Assembly (NCBI GenBank): GCA_043746515.1
Contig: JAYTQV010000048.1
Coordinates: 6,676-70,675 of the forward strand
Direction of reading: 5' to 3'
Length of the DNA stretch: 64,000 bases
Origin: Actinomycetes bacterium
Lineage (GTDB): Bacteria > Actinomycetota > Actinomycetes > Nanopelagicales > Nanopelagicaceae
Part shown: in pieces, positions 17,994-27,392 of the stretch
How the letters are laid out: each line of letters starts with the position of its first letter
Numbering within the stretch: position 1 is the first letter of the stretch
Made by a program: the position numbers and the translations under genes
Notes under the pieces: generated by a model
The model's database searches: none
What the model was told of the DNA's origin: nothing
What the model saw: the letters and a program-made list of their open reading frames with translations, nothing else

Positions 17994-19370
17994 TTAACGA
18001 ATAAAAGTTGGAGTCAAATCTTTCTGCCCCAAAATATTTTCCAACAGTTGCATGAAATGCAAGATGGTCCCTTCCGTATTTCGCGCACCGACAACTCCGA
18101 GACCGACAGGCAGCCCCCGAACTAATCCCATTGGGATAGTTCCGATAGGAGCGCCAGCGATAGAGGGTGTCATTGTAATCCACGAGGAACCTGTGTAATC
18201 ATCTCCTTCACCCAAAGTAGAAATCCAGGCAGGTCCATAAGTACAACCAATGAGAAGGTCTACATCGTGTAAACCAATCGCTAAGGTGTAGTTCGCCCAA
18301 GCAAGGTTGCGTTCACGCTTAATGAGGTACTCGGGTCCTCGCCCTCCACCACGTAGCGCTTCATCAAATATCTCTTGCTCAAAATATTGCATCTCAACAT
18401 CCCGGTGTTCAATGTTAAATGCCTGAACTTCTTCCAAAGAGCGCACACGAGCTCCAGCACGGTTCTTTAGGTATGTGCCGAGATCGCTCACTAATTCGTG
18501 TCTCAATACCCCGTACTCGTCTTCCCCCACCGATTCGTCGGGGGTCGGTAAGTCCACATCTACTAGTTCTATCCCGCCTCCGTAAGGTTGAGATAATTTA
18601 GCAATCGCGGCCAGTGCCTCACCCATCCGGGAGTTGGTCTCCTCGTCAGTAGTGAGCCAATTTTTTACAAAGCCAATGCGAAGCCCACGCGCCCGGCTAA
18701 GCCCGCTGAGATAGTCAGAGCGGCCTGTCATGGCTTCAAGCATGATCGCCGCTTGAGCCACCGTCTTAGTGAGAACTCCAGGAGAGTCCTGACTTCCACT
18801 AATCGGGATAACCCCCTCTCGCGAAGTCAGACCCACCGTTGGCTTGAGCCCAACACAGCCATTGAGGGAGGCGGGACAGGTAATTGATCCATCAGTCTCT
18901 GAGCCCACAGCGAAATCAACAAGTCCAGCCCCTACCGCAGCACCGGAGCCCGATGAAGAGCCACCGGCAGAGTGTTTATGGATCCAGGGATTTGCGGTGA
19001 GTCCACCAATTGCCGACCACCCAGACGTGGAATTCGTGGATCGAATATTCGCCCACTCCGAAAGATTGGTAGCTCCGATCACGATAGCACCGGCCGCCTT
19101 GAGGTTCGCAATGATTGTGGCATCTTTTATGGGAGGAGTATTTTTAAGGGCGAAAGAGCCAGCCGTTCCAGGAAGTCCGAGCGCCTCAACGTTGTCCTTA
19201 ACTAGAATTGGGGCTCCTCCTAGAGGAAGCTCAACCCCCGCCCTGTCATAGGCATCTGCTTCGGCAAGGGCTTCTTCTCTCAAGGCCAAGACGGAATTAA
19301 GGAAATAGCCCGACTGGTCAATAATTTTTATTCTTTCTAGGGCAGATTCGACTTGCTCACGTGAATTCAT
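17994..19370 (-). CDS. Amidase (amidase-signature family)
   Basis: ILVKDN, GGSSSGSGAAV and GSETDGSITCPA motifs. Confidence 0.85.
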   Translation of the reverse strand: MNSREQVESALERIKIIDQSGYFLNSVLALREEALAEADAYDRAGVELPLGGAPILVKDNVEALGLPGTAGSFALKNTPPIKDATIIANLKAAGAIVIGATNLSEWANIRSTNSTSGWSAIGGLTANPWIHKHSAGGSSSGSGAAVGAGLVDFAVGSETDGSITCPASLNGCVGLKPTVGLTSREGVIPISGSQDSPGVLTKTVAQAAIMLEAMTGRSDYLSGLSRARGLRIGFVKNWLTTDEETNSRMGEALAAIAKLSQPYGGGIELVDVDLPTPDESVGEDEYGVLRHELVSDLGTYLKNRAGARVRSLEEVQAFNIEHRDVEMQYFEQEIFDEALRGGGRGPEYLIKRERNLAWANYTLAIGLHDVDLLIGCTYGPAWISTLGEGDDYTGSSWITMTPSIAGAPIGTIPMGLVRGLPVGLGVVGARNTEGTILHFMQLLENILGQKDLTPTFIR

Positions 19371-19425
19371 AACCCCATTCTGCTGGATCAGCCAAGCAAA
19401 TCAACTTTAAAGATACAGTCGCATA

Positions 19426-19731
19426 ATGGATCTCTTCGATGTACGAGTAACGGTGGAATCGATAGCAGGTCGCTCCGTTTGTGGATTAATTCCAGGCGAT
19501 TATTTCGAGGTTACCAACAGCAATGAAATCCGCATTCCTGATGGAAAGCACTTCTGCATGTATGCCCTGCAATCGGTGATGCCCTTGCTACCTGCCAAGC
19601 AGCGCCAACTAGCCGCAGATGATTGGCTCGAACAAGATTCTTTAGTCGCTTGCCCAGATCCCGAAGAGAGATTGGTGATGAAGATAGAGCGAATTCGAAA
19701 GATCACCTTGACGGCTGCCGATCTGACTTAA
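19426..19731 (+). CDS. TIGR04076-family small protein
   Basis: 101 aa. The pattern SVCGLIPGDYFEV...GKHFCMYALQSVMPLLPAKQR matches my memory of TIGR04076. Function unknown. Confidence 0.55.
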   Translation: MDLFDVRVTVESIAGRSVCGLIPGDYFEVTNSNEIRIPDGKHFCMYALQSVMPLLPAKQRQLAADDWLEQDSLVACPDPEERLVMKIERIRKITLTAADLT

Positions 19732-20768
19732 TTATTGTTTGTGTGCATGATTTGGCTGTGCTTCTTCGAATAACGCTCCAAGTCATAGACCGGACCAGCA
19801 GGTCCTGAACTTTTAGCGAATACCTTTTCTAATATTTCGACATCTTCAGGAGTAAATTCAATAGTGGGAATCTCTTTGTGCGCTTCAAGGTAAGAGAGAT
19901 TACGAGCACCAATAATCACTCCTTTCACTCCCGGTCTTTGAAGGATATAAGCCGATGCGACCGTACTGATATCTGTCTCCTGCTTTAGGGCAATTTCATA
20001 AAGAGTACGCAAGAGCTCTTGAAAAGCATTCCATCCACCAAACTCTTCAATAATCAATCCATATTTAGTCCAAGAGCGAGTTTCGTCTTCAACTGGCGCT
20101 GGTGCACCTAAGAATTTGTTCGATAAAAATCCGCCAGCAACCGTTCCGTAAGCAAGCATCCCAATCCCATGTTCCTGACAAAATTCTGCCATCTCTCCTT
20201 CTGGGCGATGATCGAGAACCGAATATTGAAGCTGGATACTTGCTGGAGTAAATCCGGCAGTAACAAACTCACGAAGTCGATTCACGTCAAAGTTCGTGAC
20301 TCCAACATGTCGAATCTTTCCGACCTCTTTTAAACGGAAGAGCTCTGCCATGGCATCCATATATCGGGTGGATTCATAATTCCACCAATGAAATTGCACC
20401 AGGTCTACACGTTCAACCCCAAGACGGGTGAGAGAACGGTCAACAATCTTTTCAACGTCGCGGTTATCAAAACTCTGCAGCGCAGCCATATTAGGTACAT
20501 ATTTAGTATGAAGTTGAACCAGGTTCCGAGCGTCTTTGCCGTATTCCCGCTTTAAATCGAGAATGGCCGTGCCGATCAACTCTTCAACTCCTGTGTAGAT
20601 ATCCCCAAAATCTAGGGTGCTTATTCCATTTTCGATATACGAGACAGTGCCAGCAACTGCCTCATGATTCTGAATCTTGGTGGTGAGCGAGTGCCCGTCG
20701 CTGAGCTGCCAACCACCTTTTATGACTGGGGATATTTCGTATCCTCGAACCAACTCAATTTTTTCCAT
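19728..20768 (-). CDS. Aldo/keto reductase
   Basis: 346 aa with AKR-type segments DFGDIYTG, VDLVQFHWW, HVGVTNF and LAYGTVAGGFLS. Confidence 0.85.
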   Translation of the reverse strand: MEKIELVRGYEISPVIKGGWQLSDGHSLTTKIQNHEAVAGTVSYIENGISTLDFGDIYTGVEELIGTAILDLKREYGKDARNLVQLHTKYVPNMAALQSFDNRDVEKIVDRSLTRLGVERVDLVQFHWWNYESTRYMDAMAELFRLKEVGKIRHVGVTNFDVNRLREFVTAGFTPASIQLQYSVLDHRPEGEMAEFCQEHGIGMLAYGTVAGGFLSNKFLGAPAPVEDETRSWTKYGLIIEEFGGWNAFQELLRTLYEIALKQETDISTVASAYILQRPGVKGVIIGARNLSYLEAHKEIPTIEFTPEDVEILEKVFAKSSGPAGPVYDLERYSKKHSQIMHTNNN

Positions 20769-20777
20769 CGGTTGATA

Positions 20778-22241
20778 TTAGTCGGCCAAAATTGCTTCGG
20801 CCTCGATCTCAACCAAGTATTCATCACCAATCAATGCAGATTGAACCAAAGTATTGGCAGGACGAATGTCTCCAAAGCGCTCTCCGTGTACCTTGGAAAC
20901 TGCGAGCGCATGTTTGACATCACTTACATAAATCCGAGTTCTCACGACATCACTTAGTTGCGCACCCAATGACTCAAGAGAGGCTTCAATTTTGTCAAAA
21001 ATAAAGTGCGATTGAGCAATCGGATCGTCTCCACCAATAATTCGATCTCCATGGGTCGCCGTAGTTCCAGATGTAATTACGCGGTTTCCGACTCGGACAG
21101 CGCGGCTATAGCCTGCCAATCCTTCCCACACGGTTCCAGAATCTATGTTCTGCCTCTGAGGAGATACTAATTTTGGTTCATAGATCGGTGTAAAGTGATC
21201 GAAATGATCAGTCAGATCACCGCTAGCCGTTAAAAATGGAGGCTTGCGATATTCGTCCCCACAGTCACCAGCAATCTTAGTTAACTTAGCAATCGCTCGC
21301 TTGATTCTCTTGCGTTGCTCTTTAGATAGTTCAAATGTGAAAAGTGTTTGGGAATCATCCACGTGATTATTTTCGCCGAGTCTGGCTCCAATAATAATTG
21401 CAGCTACCGCCTTCTGACTTAGAATGTATTTGCTCGCTACGCTAGAGATGCTCCTATCCACCTCAGCCGCCACCTCTTTAACTTCTCGTAAAACCTCTTG
21501 AAATAGACTCCATCCCCCAGCAGCATCGATAAACCGCTTGTATTTCATAAGAGACATGGTCTTGAGTTCGGTAGTGGCGGGCTCTGGTTGACCCAGCCAT
21601 TTCTCCGAGAGAAAGCCTCCCAAAAGGGTTCCATAGGCGAAAATGCCGATTCCTTCTTTGTCGCAATAGTCAGCGAGTCTTCCACCGGCCCGTTGATCTA
21701 TCAATGAATACGAAACCTGGTTTGAAACAATTTCTATTCCGCTGGCTCTAGCCAGGCGTAAGTGAGCTGTGTCGAAATTCGTAACCCCAAGATTCCCGAT
21801 CAATCCCTCTTCTTTAAGTTCCTGCAACCAAAACATAATGTCCAACCAGTGCAAATCTGCGAACTTCCATGCATGAAATTGCAGTAGGTCGACTCTTTCT
21901 GCTTGTAATCTAACTAAACGCTCTTGAACCGCTAAACGAACATCGTGCTTAGTAAGGTTTCCAGGTTGAGGCACCCATTTGGTAAGCATGGTCGCCAGGG
22001 CACCTAAAGGATTATTCTTCGAGAAGTATCCCGCGATTAACTCCGCACTTCCATAATGATCTGCCATGTCAAAAGTTGTAAAACCAGCCGCAACATAATC
22101 CTCCATTTGCGCCGAAGTAAGTGCAGGATCCAAAGTGTTTCCGCCTTTTTCCATATCAGCAATCTGCCAAAGGCCAGTAATTGCTCGCGATACCTTTAGC
22201 GATTTTGAGATTCGATAACGCTCCACTTTAATTCTCGCCAT
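20778..22241 (-). CDS. Fusion protein: aldo/keto reductase plus a C-terminal RidA/YjgF (endoribonuclease L-PSP) domain
   Basis: Residues 1-~330 are AKR-like (FDMADHYGSAE, VDLLQFHAW, LGVTNF). The last ~125 aa are RidA-like (YSRAVRVGNRVITSGTTA...RTRIYV...PANTLVQ...LVEIEAEA). Confidence 0.75.
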   Translation of the reverse strand: MARIKVERYRISKSLKVSRAITGLWQIADMEKGGNTLDPALTSAQMEDYVAAGFTTFDMADHYGSAELIAGYFSKNNPLGALATMLTKWVPQPGNLTKHDVRLAVQERLVRLQAERVDLLQFHAWKFADLHWLDIMFWLQELKEEGLIGNLGVTNFDTAHLRLARASGIEIVSNQVSYSLIDQRAGGRLADYCDKEGIGIFAYGTLLGGFLSEKWLGQPEPATTELKTMSLMKYKRFIDAAGGWSLFQEVLREVKEVAAEVDRSISSVASKYILSQKAVAAIIIGARLGENNHVDDSQTLFTFELSKEQRKRIKRAIAKLTKIAGDCGDEYRKPPFLTASGDLTDHFDHFTPIYEPKLVSPQRQNIDSGTVWEGLAGYSRAVRVGNRVITSGTTATHGDRIIGGDDPIAQSHFIFDKIEASLESLGAQLSDVVRTRIYVSDVKHALAVSKVHGERFGDIRPANTLVQSALIGDEYLVEIEAEAILAD

Positions 22242-22725
22242 TTTTGGATGCTACCAAACGCCTAAACTCTTCACCGAGTTTGGGAGGTGAATTTCGAGTC
22301 GCATTAAATCCAGGAGAGTCCGAACCTAAGCAATGATCTAAAGCGCGACATACCTGTTGATAGTCCGAAGGAGACATGTGGCCGAGCATAGCCATACTAT
22401 CGCCAGCATTTTTGATGCAAAGCATAATTCGGAGTATTAGTTGCCGAACCATGCGAAGATTGTCAACCTTTTACCCAAGCCTTCAAGTATCTAATCGGGC
22501 TAAACGAAGGCCGAGAGGTTCACATTGACAAATATATTGAGATAGAAGATCTGTTAAAAATTTATGGAGATCAGTACGAAGTATTTAAAAGCGTTCCTTA
22601 AGTAAACTCCTGTTCTCAAGGAGCATTGGCGCATCTAGTTCGAAGGGGAATTAATACCTAAATTCCTTTGCTAGAACTGTAAGACTTCGTAATTCACTGC
22701 AGCGTTCTTCGCTCTTACCTCTTCA

Positions 22726-23895
22726 CTATGGAGTTGGATTGGTATAAATAAAAGAATTGACCGTGTTTTGAGACTCGCTCTTCGGAATGTTGATCACTCC
22801 CTCAACTTGATTAGCCTCAGGAATACGAGAAGCTCCAGGACGCATGGCCCCACTCTCCAACAAGAGTGCAACTGTTCCGGTAACATGAGGGGTTGCCATC
22901 GAAGTTCCACTTATCGTCTTGATCGCATCACTACCGCCAATCCATGCAGAGGTAATCTCTGAGCCTGGGGCAATGATGTCTACACACTTGCCATAATTTG
23001 AGTAGTAGGCATAATTGTTTGAGCTATCACTGGCAGCTACTGTGATCGCCTTAGAATCTCGAGCTGGAGAATAATTACAGGCATCGGCTGCACTATTTCC
23101 GGCTGCAACCACCACCGAAATTCCATCGTTAACAACTTTGTTTACCGCCTTATCAAGTGCCCGCGAAACCCCAGTACTCAAACTCATATTAACTACTGCT
23201 TTCCCGCCTTGTTGGTGTTGAACTACCCAATCAAGTCCCGCAATCACTCCACTTACAGTTCCGCTGCCAAAGCAATCGAGTACTCGAACTGGAGTAATCG
23301 TTGCTTGTTTGGCAACCCCATAAACCGTACCTGCGATTGTTCCGGAGACGTGCGTCCCATGACCCTGACAATCTTCAATTCCGTGTCCATCATTAACGCC
23401 CGCGAATCCAGGATTTATCCGTCCAGTAAATTCACTATTGGTCGTATTAATCCCCGTATCTAAAACATATACCGTGACACCTTTTCCAGTGAATGAATAT
23501 GTATACGTGGAGTCAACCACATTTGGTGAGTCAATACGAGAAATTCCCCACGTAGCCGGATTCTCAATTTGTAGGGCATCAGCTTTAACCACCTGGTCTG
23601 GTTCTATAAATTCAACGCTGGCTCTCTGTTGAAGATCGCACACTTCCCCTGAAGTGAGCGATCCAGCGAAACCATTTAGAATCGCGGAATAACTCTCCTG
23701 GGGAATGACATGATTTCCATCTACGTTTTGGAGTTCATTGTTTTCTGAAACTCCATTATTAAAAGAGACAATATAGTTACCTGCCGTCGCGCCACAATTC
23801 AACTTAGACTTTGCAGCAAATGAATCAGGGGCAAAAGTTGATATCAATACGACAATGGATATCACGGGGATGATAAAACGCATCTTTGAAGTCAT
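22726..23895 (-). CDS. Secreted subtilisin-like serine protease (peptidase S8, proteinase-K-like, with an I9-type propeptide)
   Basis: Catalytic motifs VLDTGI, HGTHVSGT and GTSMATPHV. Signal peptide MTSKMRFIIPVISIVVLISTFAPDSFAA. The start is ambiguous (23916 GTG, 23895 ATG or 23883 ATG). Confidence 0.85.
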   Translation of the reverse strand: MTSKMRFIIPVISIVVLISTFAPDSFAAKSKLNCGATAGNYIVSFNNGVSENNELQNVDGNHVIPQESYSAILNGFAGSLTSGEVCDLQQRASVEFIEPDQVVKADALQIENPATWGISRIDSPNVVDSTYTYSFTGKGVTVYVLDTGINTTNSEFTGRINPGFAGVNDGHGIEDCQGHGTHVSGTIAGTVYGVAKQATITPVRVLDCFGSGTVSGVIAGLDWVVQHQQGGKAVVNMSLSTGVSRALDKAVNKVVNDGISVVVAAGNSAADACNYSPARDSKAITVAASDSSNNYAYYSNYGKCVDIIAPGSEITSAWIGGSDAIKTISGTSMATPHVTGTVALLLESGAMRPGASRIPEANQVEGVINIPKSESQNTVNSFIYTNPTP

Positions 23896-23912
23896 ATTGA
23901 AGTCTAACCTAC

Positions 23913-24680
23913 TCACGCGCCACTACCGAGTAATGACGTTGTTAAACAGACAGAAATTAACGCGCCTAAGATCATAAATGGACCAAAGGGGAGAGCTGTT
24001 TTACGTGTACCTTTTTGCGAAATTATGATTGCTATTCCTACGACACTACCCATCGCGAAACTCACCATTGCAGCGATGTAAACCGAAATTGCGCTGATAT
24101 AACCCACATAGAGGCCAATGGAGGCAGCGAGTTTGACATCTCCCATCCCCATTCCACCTTTAGATAATAAATTTACCAACCAAAAGAAGGCGCTATACAA
24201 AATAGATGCAATAAGTGCACTGCGAAGATGCTCAAAGTGATGATTCATGAAGGCATCCAGAGTTAATAGCACTAACCCACATAAATAAAGTGCAGCATTG
24301 AGACCATTAGGAAGTCGATGCCATTGAAAATCAATTGCTGAGAGTGCCACACCCAAAATCACAAAGACTGCCCAGGCTGCGATCAGTGTAAGGTGATGAA
24401 AAACGATGAAAGGTATGAAGGTCGCTGCTGCTGTGATCAGTTCTAAGTAGAGATAACTTCTGGAGAAACTTTCACTGCAATTTCTACATTTACCTCTCAA
24501 TCGTAGATATCCTAGAAGAGGAATATTGTCCTTATTTTGGATTTGTATTCCGCAGAGCGTGCATTTAGATCGACCCAACAGACTCTCTCCGTGAGGTACC
24601 CGAGCCACTAAAACCGTATTAAATGATCCAAAAGTGAGTCCCAAAATAAGAACAAGAAGATAAAGCAAGAGCGGTGGCAT
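23913..24680 (-). CDS. pilD: Prepilin peptidase (A24 family)
   Basis: CTLCG and CRNCS zinc-type pairs, the GMGDVKL aspartyl-protease motif, and a polytopic topology. I moved the start to ATG 24680 (MPPLLLYLLV) to clear the pilin gene. Confidence 0.85.
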   Translation of the reverse strand: MPPLLLYLLVLILGLTFGSFNTVLVARVPHGESLLGRSKCTLCGIQIQNKDNIPLLGYLRLRGKCRNCSESFSRSYLYLELITAAATFIPFIVFHHLTLIAAWAVFVILGVALSAIDFQWHRLPNGLNAALYLCGLVLLTLDAFMNHHFEHLRSALIASILYSAFFWLVNLLSKGGMGMGDVKLAASIGLYVGYISAISVYIAAMVSFAMGSVVGIAIIISQKGTRKTALPFGPFMILGALISVCLTTSLLGSGA

Positions 24681-24712
24681 ATTCACTCCTACCACCGCTC
24701 CCACTTTAGGGG

Positions 24713-25186
24713 TTATATTCCGGCCGCGGCGCAACCTGCGGGACTACTACCCACCGCAGGACCAACAATAATCACAGGTGCTGCTAACGCGACACCGGCT
24801 TTTGCAGTTACGAGATAGGCAGTGACATCCGTTGGTATTTTTGAAATGAATGAGGGCGTGAGTGCAGCAAGATCAGCTGCTTGATATGGAGTGAAGTCGT
24901 ATAACACAGTGCTTCCGATATTAGGTATTACCCCGCCAGTGACAGCAGTTCCAGTTGCCGCAGGAAGGGTTGCATTCACAGCGTAGTTCGAGAATGCAGA
25001 GTGAACATTTGAGGTATCTTGTGAACAGGCCTTTGCCTTGGCATCGGCACTAGTGCCAGAAAGAGCAACCACGACAATGGCTGCCAAAATTCCGATGATC
25101 AGGATAACAATCAAGAGTTCGATAAGCGTGAACCCGTCTTGACCAGCATCCTTGCGGGCTTTTGCCCTTCGTAGTACTTCGTGCAT
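24713..25186 (-). CDS. Type IV pilin-like protein (probable major pilin)
   Basis: Prepilin leader ending in G, then FTLIELLIVILIIGILAAI (E at +5). I moved the start to ATG 25186, which has AAGGAG upstream. Confidence 0.8.
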   Translation of the reverse strand: MHEVLRRAKARKDAGQDGFTLIELLIVILIIGILAAIVVVALSGTSADAKAKACSQDTSNVHSAFSNYAVNATLPAATGTAVTGGVIPNIGSTVLYDFTPYQAADLAALTPSFISKIPTDVTAYLVTAKAGVALAAPVIIVGPAVGSSPAGCAAAGI

Positions 25187-25209
25187 GATTGTTCTCCTTC
25201 TATGTGGGG

Positions 25210-25857
25210 TTAGTTCAGCAGAGTGCAAGCCGAGGGAGCCGTATTTCCAAGACGGTCCCCTTTGGCGTTGTAAAGATAGACATCGTATGAACTTGCATTA
25301 TTTGTCAAGGCGTTGAGAATTCCACCGGACGAGTTGATAGGTGTAGGTGGAATAGTCAGTACCGATGTGACACTGAATGTCACTGTGTATGTAGGGCCAG
25401 TACCAGCGAAAGAAGCAACCGTCCAGGTTCCATCTATATTCACGGAATCTATTCCGAAAACTTGGATCGTCTCCCCTACGGTTATTGGTGGAAAATACGA
25501 AGAGGCGAATGACAAAGTAGCCACCTGCGAAGCCAGTGCATAGTTGGTAATCGAGTAGGAACCTAATTGCATAGTAAAATTGTTCGAAAAAGAACTAATC
25601 AATCCAGCATTGATATATGTTGGTTGTAAAGATAAGAGTGATGGAGGTAGAACCCCATTGTTATCACTTTGATATGAAGATACACCTAAGGAAACAGCTT
25701 GATAGGCCGTTTTACAAGCATTCTGCATGGAAGTAACACGACTAGAACCTAAAGCAACATAGGTTATTCCCGAAAGAATGCCTAAGACGCAAAGAACAAC
25801 GATTAATTCAATCAATGTGAGTCCACTTTCCTGCCGATGAGGTGGCGCAATTTTCAT
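25210..25857 (-). CDS. Pseudopilin/minor pilin with a prepilin-type N-terminus
   Basis: ESG|LTLIELIVVLCVLGILSG. It overlaps the upstream gene by 4 nt. Confidence 0.7.
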   Translation of the reverse strand: MKIAPPHRQESGLTLIELIVVLCVLGILSGITYVALGSSRVTSMQNACKTAYQAVSLGVSSYQSDNNGVLPPSLLSLQPTYINAGLISSFSNNFTMQLGSYSITNYALASQVATLSFASSYFPPITVGETIQVFGIDSVNIDGTWTVASFAGTGPTYTVTFSVTSVLTIPPTPINSSGGILNALTNNASSYDVYLYNAKGDRLGNTAPSACTLLN

Positions 25858-27392
25858 GATCCAGTACTCGTAATCGAGAAGTTGCTGGACGGATTTAGTC
25901 CAGATTTATCGTCAATAACAATTACATGTTGAATGACCCTGCCACTTGGAGTTGTAAAGGAAATTTTCAGATGACGGCCAGTGACTGCAGGTCCGACTAA
26001 AACTGGAAAGGCACAGGAGCCACCCCCAGTCATGCAGGTGAACTTCGCACCGTTTGACACCACCCCTCCGTCAATTTCATGTTGATCTCTCTGGCCTTCG
26101 TCAACTCTTACATTCGATCCCGAAGCTAATACCGTTCCGTAGATAAATGTCTTTGCAGTTGCCGTTGCGTACGCGTAAAAAAGAGGAGTATTACCAGTAT
26201 GAACTGCTGGACAATTTGAACTATTTCCTCGTTTAACGGCACACACTATTGCGTGACTACTGTCGGCAGAGATGATGGCAAAACTCTGTCCTATTGCTTG
26301 ACGAGGTCCACAAATTCTAAAATCTCCATCACGGTTTGAAAGAGTTGCCGAGTCACCAAATACCAACTGGGTTCCAGATACCTCCGTACTTGTTTGCGGA
26401 TCAGCAGGCGTAACACCGTGATTGTAAGAACACCCTGTGGCTAATCCTGAAATGTCATACTTAACATTTGCATCAGAAGGATCATTGTGAACCAGAATGC
26501 TCTCTGAAAGATCGTTTGTGTCCCGCCTTACATCAAGAACTTTCGTCCCTTTAAAGTAAAGCACGCCTCGCCCTAACTCGATATCGATCCCGTGAGACCA
26601 ACTTTCAGAATCAGAGCAATCTCTATCAGTGTATGTACCATTTGATTTATAGGTGCGGATTCTCTCTTGTGAGAATAGAACATTTAATTGGTCAATCGCC
26701 TCATCATTGTAATTTCCACTTGGGATCAAGATTGGAGTATTGAGTGCGGAACAACTCTTGGGCAGATAAGAATTTATTGACCCCGTATTTCCGGTCCCTG
26801 GATCAAAGACAGGTAAAACCGGGATGACAGAGCTTGTTGGAAGATTAGACGCATTTGTTGAAATAACTCCCGCAGAAGCTGAAACTCCAGATATAGCTCC
26901 TCCTGAAGGAGTAAGAATTTGAGTTGCAGTAACGCTTCCGGAAGTCACGCTGACGTTATCGCTTTGCGATTCAATAGAACTATTAAATGCATAAGACCCG
27001 ATAATAGAAACCCCATTATCCACGCCGGTGGAGGTTCCGTTTGGAGAAGTAGTCGTCACCGATGAGGTGGCTAAAGGTTGATTACTGCCGGTAACAGGTA
27101 CACAAGAAACAGTTACACCAGAAACAACTGTTGGAAGTCCACAATTTGGTTGGGTAATGGAGTCAAACGCGGCTGAACCGAGAGTCGGATTAATAGTCAA
27201 TTGCTCCAGGACTGTTGAAGTAGCAACAGCCACTTGGCTCGCACTCATTGTTTGTGCTGCGAGTCGCTGACCTCCTGACCCTGATGCCTGCGTGAGCAAG
27301 AGTGAAACTCCGAGCCAACCACCGAGAATCGTTACGAAGATTAAAACAACAGCTAGAACAGAACCAACCTCAGAATCTCGACCGTTCATCAT
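25854..27392 (-). CDS. Large pilus-operon protein with a TadG/TadE-like N-terminal anchor; the rest is unassigned
   Basis: I moved the start to ATGATG 27392, which has AAGGAG upstream and an ATGA overlap with the preceding stop. N-terminus MMNGRDSEVGSVLAVVLIFVTILGGWLG. The ~480 aa that follow are Ser/Thr/Gly/Cys-rich with no motif I recognise. Confidence 0.6.
   Translation of the reverse strand: MMNGRDSEVGSVLAVVLIFVTILGGWLGVSLLLTQASGSGGQRLAAQTMSASQVAVATSTVLEQLTINPTLGSAAFDSITQPNCGLPTVVSGVTVSCVPVTGSNQPLATSSVTTTSPNGTSTGVDNGVSIIGSYAFNSSIESQSDNVSVTSGSVTATQILTPSGGAISGVSASAGVISTNASNLPTSSVIPVLPVFDPGTGNTGSINSYLPKSCSALNTPILIPSGNYNDEAIDQLNVLFSQERIRTYKSNGTYTDRDCSDSESWSHGIDIELGRGVLYFKGTKVLDVRRDTNDLSESILVHNDPSDANVKYDISGLATGCSYNHGVTPADPQTSTEVSGTQLVFGDSATLSNRDGDFRICGPRQAIGQSFAIISADSSHAIVCAVKRGNSSNCPAVHTGNTPLFYAYATATAKTFIYGTVLASGSNVRVDEGQRDQHEIDGGVVSNGAKFTCMTGGGSCAFPVLVGPAVTGRHLKISFTTPSGRVIQHVIVIDDKSGLNPSSNFSITSTGS

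Noticed and set aside
22228-22571. A 74-aa minus-strand ORF (22228..22452) upstream of the AKR-RidA gene, and a start-less plus-strand open frame (~22428-22571, ...CEDCQPFTQAFKYLIGLNEGREVHIDKYIEIEDLLKIYGDQYEVFKSVP*)
   Set aside because: Neither has a recognisable motif or a convincing RBS, and the plus-strand frame has no start codon after its upstream stop. They could be a gene remnant in the 270-bp gap between the catabolic island and the pilus operon, but I cannot support a call.
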